32,000 bases of DNA from Ktedonobacterales bacterium (GTDB taxonomy: Bacteria > Chloroflexota > Ktedonobacteria > Ktedonobacterales > JADMIN01): positions 3,720,001-3,752,000 of the forward strand of contig CP126532.1 of the NCBI GenBank assembly GCA_030167145.1, written 5' to 3'. Of the stretch, positions 10,679-17,413 are shown piece after piece; the first letter of the stretch is position 1; each line of letters starts with the position of its first letter. The notes under the pieces are model-generated. The model saw only the letters and a list, made by a program, of their open reading frames with translations. It ran no database searches and had not been told where the DNA came from. A program made the translations under genes and the position numbers.

Positions 10679-11788
10679 CTAGCCGTTGATTGCGGCCAAT
10701 GCGGCGCGCAGCGCATCGGCGAAGGCGGCGCGCTCAGCAGGCATGCCCACCGTCACGCGGACGCAGCGGTCTAGCGGCGGGGCGCCCGGCATGCGCACGA
10801 ACACGTCGCGCTCGGTCAGCGCTGCCATCAGCGACCGCGCCCGCGCGGCGTCGCCCAGGTCGAAGCAGATGAAGTTGGTCGCCGAGGGCAAGGTGGGGAT
10901 GCCCAGCTCACGGCCCAGCGCGGTGTACTCGTCGCGCCCCTCCGCCACGGATGCCACCATGCCGCGCAGGTAGTCCGCGTCGGCAAGGGAGGCGAGCGCG
11001 CCCGCCTGCGCCGCGAGGTTGACGCCAAAGTGCAGCCGGATCTTCTCGAAGGCGCCCATCATCTCCGCTGTGCCCAGCGCGTAGCCGATGCGCGCGCCCG
11101 CCATGCCATAGGCCTTGGAGAAGGTGCGCATCCGCAGCAGGCGCGGGTCATCCGCGCCTACCGGCGGCGCGGCCTCCGCCGGGGCGAACTCGATGTACGC
11201 CTCGTCGAGGATGAGCAGGCAATCGTCCGGCAGGCTCTCGCGGAAGGCGTGCAGCGCCGTCGCGGAAGCATAGGAGCCGGTGGGGTTGTCGGGGTTGGCG
11301 AGATAGACCAGCCGTGCGCTGGTGCGCCGCGCCGCCTCGGCCAGCGCGGTGAGGTCGTTGGCGTCGTCGCGATAGGGTACGCGCTCCAGCACGCCGCCGT
11401 AGCCCGCGACGTGGTAATTGAAGGTGGGATACGCGCCCAGCGAGGTGACGGCGGTCGCTCCCGGTTCCAGGTAGGCGCGGACGGCGAGACCCAGTAGGTC
11501 GTCTATGCCGCTGCCGACGACGATCTGCTCTAGGCTGACCTGGTGGTGTTGGGCGAGGGCCGCGCGCAGGTCGTAGTTCTCCGGGTCGGCGTACCAGCGC
11601 ATCTCGCTTGCCGCCGCGCGCATCGCCTCCACCGCGCGGGGCGACGGGCCGAACGTGCTCTCGTTCGCGCCCAGCCGCAACTGGAACGGGCGGCCTCGCT
11701 GCCGCTCCATCGCTTCGGGCGCAACGAATGGCACCGTCGCCGGTAGCCCCGCCACCAGCCGCGTCGTCGCCGGTCGCTCATCAGCCAT
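10679..11788 (-). CDS. hisC: histidinol-phosphate aminotransferase (class II aminotransferase)
   Basis: PLP-lysine motif FSKAYGMAGARIGYA, plus LGANESTFGPSP and YLANPDNPTG. The ORF opens at 11839, but GGAGG sits 7 nt upstream of the ATG at 11788 (MADERP...), which is taken as the start. Confidence 0.85.
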   Translation of the reverse strand: MADERPATTRLVAGLPATVPFVAPEAMERQRGRPFQLRLGANESTFGPSPRAVEAMRAAASEMRWYADPENYDLRAALAQHHQVSLEQIVVGSGIDDLLGLAVRAYLEPGATAVTSLGAYPTFNYHVAGYGGVLERVPYRDDANDLTALAEAARRTSARLVYLANPDNPTGSYASATALHAFRESLPDDCLLILDEAYIEFAPAEAAPPVGADDPRLLRMRTFSKAYGMAGARIGYALGTAEMMGAFEKIRLHFGVNLAAQAGALASLADADYLRGMVASVAEGRDEYTALGRELGIPTLPSATNFICFDLGDAARARSLMAALTERDVFVRMPGAPPLDRCVRVTVGMPAERAAFADALRAALAAING

Positions 11789-12153
11789 AGACATTCCTCC
11801 CCCTTTCGCCCTTTTCGCCGGATCGTACCCAACGAGCACGCGGTCGGCGTGTGGAGTACAGTCTACACCTGATTTGGCGTTGGCGCACCTGGCATTCGCA
11901 GCGAGCGGACGATGTGGTGAAGGTGCGCATCTTCTGCGCTGGCCCTGCGCTCACATCGCCCAGTTCTGCACAGCATCGCGCCTGTTCTTGCCTATGCTGG
12001 CGTGTGGAAGTCCGCAGTCCTCGCCCAATCGCCTGCGGGCGTTCTCCTCTTGGCGCCCCCACGCGCTGGCCGATGCGTTTCGCAGTCGCGGACGCCCGCC
12101 GTGGGGGTGCGCTTTTGCCTATGTGTTTCTCTCATCCCTCCTGGCATGCGCTC

Positions 12154-14715
12154 TCACGAGACCGCACGCGCACGAGTGCGCATCGCCTCATGCACGTGTT
12201 GTAGCAGGATGTCGCCGCGCTTGCGCAGGAAGTCCGCATGCACGGTGAGCGCCTCTGCGCGGCCCTGCTGGCCCAGCGCCAGCGCCTCGGGGTACGCGCC
12301 AAGCTGGTAGGCTGATTCCCCTTGTTCTAAGAGCATGTCGCTGACGGTATACGGGTCATGCATCTTGCGGATGACTGGTATCAGCCGCTCGAAGTAGTGT
12401 TGCGATTGCGTGAAATCGCGCTGGGTGCGGGCGATTTCGATCCAGATTTCCAGGAAGAGCGGATTCTGCTCTAGCTCAGGGTCGGTGGCGGGCTGCCCCA
12501 GCAGTGCGGCGGCGGCGCTCGCGTCGGCGTAGGCTGCGTCCAACTTGCCTTGCATGCGTGCCGCTGTGGCGCGGGTCATCAGCGCCATCGCCAGCATGCA
12601 CGGACTCTCAGCGTCCATGCTCTGGCGCACGTTCTGGTCGGCATAGCGCCATGCCGCCGCTGGCTCGCCGAATTGATTACCCAGGATGCTCAGGTTCATC
12701 AGCACGTAATTGCGCACCATGGCCAGATCTGCTGTGGTGGCATGTTCGAGCGCCGCCTCCCAGCTTCGACGGGCGTTGGCGATGAAGCCCTGGTAATACT
12801 GCACCACGCCGAGCCGGTTCAGAAATTTGGCCTCATAGAGCGCATCGTGCAGTTCCTGGCTGGCGCGCAGCCCCCAGCCGACGATCCGCTCGCTCTCTGG
12901 GCCGCCATAGACGCGCAAGGCCATCGGCGCGACATCGCCCACCAGGCGCAGCACCGCAGAGTGCTGGCGCAGTTGCCATGCCTGGTATGTGGCCGCCAGT
13001 AGCAGCGCATGTTCACGTTCGCGTGCAGCCATATCCGCGCCATGCTGATCGAGATAGGCGAGCGCATAGTCCACGATGCCACGCCCAGCGCGCAGCCGCA
13101 GTGATGGTTCCACCTGCGCCGCCGCTTCGGCGGCATAGGCGCGCACCAGCGGCGGCAGGCGGAAACGTGTATCCTGGTCAGCATCGCTTTCTGGCCGCTC
13201 ACCCTGCCCGGCGACCGCAACCGGCGTCACCGGCACGACGAGCGAATGGCGCACCAGCGTGCCCAGCAGGCCAGTAGCGCGCGCCTGTGACGAATCGAAG
13301 GGTGATGATGCGGCGATGTCCGCTGTGTCTACCCGCGCCAGATTCACGCCCGCCAACGCTCCGCCTTCCGCGTTGATGGTCTGCACGGCTCGCACTGGCT
13401 CACCTGGGTCGCTGTAGGCGCGTTCGAGCGCCGTCGCCGCTTCTAAGCCGAAGGGATGGGTCCCCAGCCACGAGAGCAGCGCCAACCGTTGCCGTGCCTC
13501 GGGCGAGAGCGCGTTCACCGCGTGCGCCAGTCGCGTATGGAGTTCACTTTCGCCGTCGAGAAGCGCGTCGAAGGGCGCATGCGCCAGGTGGGTCGCCAGC
13601 AGCGGCAGCGGCAACCCTTGCAGCCGCGCGGCGCTGGCGGCGGTTTCGATGGCCAGCGGCACGTGCCCAACGTAGGCGCCGATCTGCCGGGCATACTCGC
13701 GTTCCTCAGGTGATAGCGCCCGCCCCATCACCATCTCCAGATAGGTGATGCTGGCCTCTGGTGTGAGTGGGGCGAGTGGCAGATGGTAGGCCATCAGCGG
13801 CGGATTGGGCACGTAGCGGCTCGTCACCAGCACCACACGGCCAGGCGATGCCGCACCGCGCTGGGCCGTTGCGTTTTCGCTGACCAGCGCTTCCACCAAT
13901 TGCCGCCACGGAATATCCGGCTCCACGTCATCGAGGAAGATGAGCACCCGCTTTTGCGCCAGCAGCGCGCGCACGTCATTGATCGCCTGCGTGAGCGCCG
14001 CCTGCGAGAGCGACGAGCTAGCGTCGCTCTCGCCATCATCCCCAGCGCCAGCGGCCACTAGCTCGCCGGTGTGGATGGGCGGCGAATCGGGGCGAAAGAG
14101 CGTCGCGACATCGCGCAGCAGCGAGAGCAGGCCCGCGATGCCGCGCCGACCCGTGGCGGTGAGGGTGACGATGCCGTCGGGGAAGAGGCGCAGATGCTGA
14201 TGTGGATTCGCCGCGATCTGATGCAGCGCTTCGGCGGCCAGCGCGCTCTTGCCCAGGCCTGGCATGCCGGTCATCACGCCGAAGCCCGATGCCGCCGAGC
14301 TGATCCATTCGATCAGCGCGCGCAACTCCGCATCGCGCCCGATCACCGCTTGCGGGCGAACCGGCAACACCAGCGGCCCCGGATGTTGCGCCGCCGCTAA
14401 ATGGGTCAGCAGCCGCTCTACCTGTTCGTTCTCCTCACTGCTCAGGTCGGTCAGCTCAGCGGCTCGCAGATAGGCCTGCGCCTGACGCGGCGTGGCGCAG
14501 AACAGCCAGGCCAGGGCCAGTACGCGCGTGCGCACCGAGCCACGGAACGGATGCGCGAGCAGTCCCGCTTCTAGCCGCGCCAGAAACGCTTCGGAGATGC
14601 CAGCGGCACGCGCTTCGGGATGCGCATTGGCGGCATCCGTCAGGGCGCGCTGGCTTGTCCACCCATGCAGACGGCGGCGTTCGCTCAGCCATCTGCCAAA
14701 CTGTAAAGCATCCAT
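12154..14715 (-). CDS. STAND NTPase: XRE-type HTH + NB-ARC ATPase + C-terminal TPR array
   Basis: N-terminal HTH (FGRWLSERRRLHGWTSQRALTDAA...ISEAFLARLEAG). NB-ARC motifs: Walker A GMPGLGKSALAAEAL, Walker B VLIFLDDVE, VLVTSRY, LAPLTPEASITYL and GHVPLAIETAA. The C-terminal ~350 aa are TPR-like helical repeats. Confidence 0.8.
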   Translation of the reverse strand: MDALQFGRWLSERRRLHGWTSQRALTDAANAHPEARAAGISEAFLARLEAGLLAHPFRGSVRTRVLALAWLFCATPRQAQAYLRAAELTDLSSEENEQVERLLTHLAAAQHPGPLVLPVRPQAVIGRDAELRALIEWISSAASGFGVMTGMPGLGKSALAAEALHQIAANPHQHLRLFPDGIVTLTATGRRGIAGLLSLLRDVATLFRPDSPPIHTGELVAAGAGDDGESDASSSLSQAALTQAINDVRALLAQKRVLIFLDDVEPDIPWRQLVEALVSENATAQRGAASPGRVVLVTSRYVPNPPLMAYHLPLAPLTPEASITYLEMVMGRALSPEEREYARQIGAYVGHVPLAIETAASAARLQGLPLPLLATHLAHAPFDALLDGESELHTRLAHAVNALSPEARQRLALLSWLGTHPFGLEAATALERAYSDPGEPVRAVQTINAEGGALAGVNLARVDTADIAASSPFDSSQARATGLLGTLVRHSLVVPVTPVAVAGQGERPESDADQDTRFRLPPLVRAYAAEAAAQVEPSLRLRAGRGIVDYALAYLDQHGADMAAREREHALLLAATYQAWQLRQHSAVLRLVGDVAPMALRVYGGPESERIVGWGLRASQELHDALYEAKFLNRLGVVQYYQGFIANARRSWEAALEHATTADLAMVRNYVLMNLSILGNQFGEPAAAWRYADQNVRQSMDAESPCMLAMALMTRATAARMQGKLDAAYADASAAAALLGQPATDPELEQNPLFLEIWIEIARTQRDFTQSQHYFERLIPVIRKMHDPYTVSDMLLEQGESAYQLGAYPEALALGQQGRAEALTVHADFLRKRGDILLQHVHEAMRTRARAVS

Positions 14716-14754
14716 GGTAGTCGCCTTGGCTCCCTATTCAATCGCCGGGTGAGG

Positions 14755-14772
14755 TTCGCTACATTCGCTACA
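14755..14772. promoter_or_regulatory. tandem 9-bp direct repeat upstream of the STAND/HTH gene (possible operator)
   Basis: TTCGCTACA TTCGCTACA, two perfect copies, 40-57 bp upstream of the ATG at 14715 of an HTH-bearing protein. Confidence 0.3.
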
Positions 14773-15485
14773 TCTGTGGCGGATATGGCGGGAGATGCTC
14801 ATCAATCTGCCCGCGCCCACAGCAATCGCCGCTTTCTGTGCCTCCTCATGCCGATGTTGTTGATTTCGGCTCTTTGTTCAACCGCACAAAGAACTTACGT
14901 TCGGTGGGCCGCCTTTCTCTCACAGCTCAACCGTTCTACACGTTCCGTCAATCCGCCAAGTTTTCGCCGTGCAGTCAGCGATCTGGAATGTCGTGTGCCA
15001 GCCACGACGCCCGTTGATTTGCAGGCCCCGCTGATATTGAGACGTCTGTCACTCTGCGCATTTACCACAGTCTCTCTGCGCTGTGCTGCGGAGAGCCTGC
15101 GCTGGTGGTGTGCGGCATCCACTACCCTTGCTCGTGGCAACCGACACGGGATGCCGGTGATGACGCACGCCCAGTGGGCCGTCACCGGCGATGGTGGCGC
15201 GCCAGTACATCGCGCCCCACTTCACGGCCACTGTGCGGACGTGCGTGGGCGTCCAGCACTTTGGGCCACATCAGTGGGCGCGTCGCGCGCACGACAAGAG
15301 GAGGCTCGGCAAGACAGATTTTCAGCATGGCATGGCAGTCTGGTCTCCGCGCTGGCCGTCAGTTCCCCTGGGTGGAGCGACGTGCGCGGGCCGATGTGAA
15401 CAGTTGTGACAGCAGCGAGGCGCTTCGACGGCGATTGTGCCGTAGAAGGACAAGCTTCGCTATCCAAAAACAAGGAGACCCTTGT

Positions 15486-17237
15486 ATGCGATTGGGACTT
15501 CGCAAACTCTCGCTCCCAGGACTGCTCGTCCTGTTGGGCACGTTTGCACTGCTGGTATCCGCCTGCGGCAGCACCAACACGAGCAGTGGCAACCTCGCCA
15601 AGAATCAGGTGTTCAACATTGCCTGGGCAGGCGGCGGCAGCCCCGACATTGCCACATTCGACCCCGGCCAGGCCTCCGACAGCGGCTCCAGCCCCCTCAT
15701 CAATATGGTGTTCGATGGTCTGGTGGTGCTGGATAAGAACCTGAATGTCGCCAACTGGGGCGCGGACAAGGTGACGACGAGCGCCGACGGCCTGACCTAC
15801 ACCTTCCATGTGCGCCCCGGCCAGAAGTACTCCGACGGCACACCAGTGCATGCCTCGGACTACGCCTACGCCATTGATCGCTCGGATAATCCCTGCCTGC
15901 AATCTCCGGTGAACTACTATCTGTGGGCGATCAAAGATGCGGCGACCTATGCGGGCGAGACCTGCACCAATGGCACGATCACTGGCAGCGTTCAGACGCT
16001 GATCGGTGACTCGGTGGTGGCCGATGATGGCGCGGGCACGCTGACCATCACGCTGGCGCAACCTGCGGGCTACTTCCTGGATGCGATGACCTATTCCACG
16101 TCGTATGCCCTGGAAAAGAGCGTCGTCACTGGTGACAATCAGGGCCAGGACGACAAGTGGACCAACACCCTCGCGGCTGACACCTCTGGCAAGCAATTTG
16201 GCCAGGGCGGCAGCGGCATGTTCTACATCAAGACGTGGGATCACCAGGGCAATGTGATTTTGAAGGCCAACCCCAACTGGTGGGGCATCTCGGCTGGCTT
16301 GAAGCCTAAGCTGACCGAAGTGGACTTCAAGATCTTCGCTGATGGCGATACCCAGTACAACACCTACAACTCCGGCACCACCTACGACCTGACCGACTAT
16401 ATTCCAAACGCGCAACTCGCGGCGGCCAAAGGCCAATCCGACTTCGTCTCTACACCGTATCTGGCGGTGAATACGGTGGCGTTGAACTGGAACATCAAGC
16501 CGTTCGACAACCTCGACGCACGGCTGGCGTTCTGTGAGGTCATCAACCGCGACCTGCTGAACGTAACGGTCTCGAAGGGCGCGAATATTCCGAGCTGGCA
16601 TCTGGTGCCCAAGGGTATGCCGGGCTATAACACCAGCCTGACCGGCCCGGATGGTATCACCGCGACGACGGGCGACATCGCCAAGGCGCAGGCGCACTGG
16701 AACGCCTACCTGGCGACGGTGGGCGGGCATGTGCCGCCGATTCTCTACTCGTACAACACGTCTAGTTCGGCGGCCAAGCTCTATGCTGAGGCGTTGATCT
16801 CGGCGTGGAACCAGAATCTGCCAGGGGCGAATGTCACCTCGGACAGCCGCGACTGGACGACGATTCTGAAGCTGGAGCAGCAGAAGAAGGTGCAGTCGTA
16901 CCGCTTTGGCTGGCTGGCGGACTACCCGGATGCGCAGGACTTCCTGACGCTGCTCTACTCGACGACCTCGAGCTACAACGAGCAGAACGCGAGTGTGCCG
17001 CAGGCGGACCAGTTGATGACGCAGGCGGATGCGGTCTCGGATCCAGCCAAGCAAGATCAGCGCATGCAGCTCTACAACCAGGCGGAGCAGTTGCTGGTCA
17101 ACAACGTGGCGGTTTGCCCGCTGTCGCAGGCCGGGAACTACTATCGCGTGCGGACGTATGTCAAGGGCTATCTGCAAGATGCGGCGGGCTTCCAGCCGAC
17201 GACGGAGTGGCCGAACGTCTTCATTCAGGCCCATTAG
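15486..17237 (+). CDS. ABC transporter substrate-binding lipoprotein, family 5 (peptide/nickel/oligosaccharide type)
   Basis: Signal peptide with lipobox (MRLGLRKLSLPGLLVLLGTFALLVSAC) and an AAGGAG RBS upstream of the ATG at 15486. SBP_bac_5-like blocks include DPGQASDSGSSPLINMVFDGLVVLD and LTYTFHVRPGQKYSDGTPVHASDYAYAI. The ORF opens at 15105, but that N-terminal stretch is not protein-like. Confidence 0.85.
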   Translation: MRLGLRKLSLPGLLVLLGTFALLVSACGSTNTSSGNLAKNQVFNIAWAGGGSPDIATFDPGQASDSGSSPLINMVFDGLVVLDKNLNVANWGADKVTTSADGLTYTFHVRPGQKYSDGTPVHASDYAYAIDRSDNPCLQSPVNYYLWAIKDAATYAGETCTNGTITGSVQTLIGDSVVADDGAGTLTITLAQPAGYFLDAMTYSTSYALEKSVVTGDNQGQDDKWTNTLAADTSGKQFGQGGSGMFYIKTWDHQGNVILKANPNWWGISAGLKPKLTEVDFKIFADGDTQYNTYNSGTTYDLTDYIPNAQLAAAKGQSDFVSTPYLAVNTVALNWNIKPFDNLDARLAFCEVINRDLLNVTVSKGANIPSWHLVPKGMPGYNTSLTGPDGITATTGDIAKAQAHWNAYLATVGGHVPPILYSYNTSSSAAKLYAEALISAWNQNLPGANVTSDSRDWTTILKLEQQKKVQSYRFGWLADYPDAQDFLTLLYSTTSSYNEQNASVPQADQLMTQADAVSDPAKQDQRMQLYNQAEQLLVNNVAVCPLSQAGNYYRVRTYVKGYLQDAAGFQPTTEWPNVFIQAH

Positions 17238-17324
17238 TACATCGCGACGATCTGGCGTACCGCCGGAATGCCTTCGGGGCCAGTGTGGCCGCGCGGGCTG
17301 ACCGGCGGCGCGGAGCGGGTTTCG

Positions 17325-17354
17325 CGTGGGGTGGATGCTTGCGTCCGCCCCACG
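17325..17354 (+). terminator. strong GC-rich stem-loop downstream of the binding-protein gene
   Basis: CGTGGGGTGGATGC-tt-GCGTCCGCCCCACG forms a ~13-bp stem including two G-U pairs. There is no U-tract, so it may be a stabiliser or terminator of a non-canonical type. Confidence 0.35.
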
Positions 17355-17374
17355 TTGTCGTGCGCTGTGGATTG

Positions 17375-17413
17375 GACCTAACCCCCGGCCCCTTCCCTAC
17401 GAGGGAAGGGGAG
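17375..17413 (+). repeat. REP-like 39-nt palindromic element (copy 2)
   Basis: GACCTAACCCCCGGCCCCTTCCCTacgAGGGAAGGGGAG, matching the reverse complement of 7650-7688 at 37/39. A half-copy (GAGGGAAGGGGAG) follows at about 17446-17458. Confidence 0.75.

Noticed and set aside
14749-15399. 216-aa plus-strand ORF in the long intergenic region
   Set aside because: Its composition is R/C/S/W-rich and there is no RBS, domain motif or GC3 signature. It is probably a chance ORF, and the region is reported as unexplained non-coding instead.
15105-15485. 127-codon N-terminal extension of the binding-protein ORF
   Set aside because: The extension is R/W/C-rich and not protein-like. The ATG at 15486 has an AAGGAG RBS and is immediately followed by a lipoprotein signal peptide.
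15222-17234. 670-aa minus-strand ORF antisense to the family-5 binding-protein gene
   Set aside because: It is extremely Arg-rich shadow sequence. The plus-strand gene has a lipoprotein signal, an RBS and family motifs.
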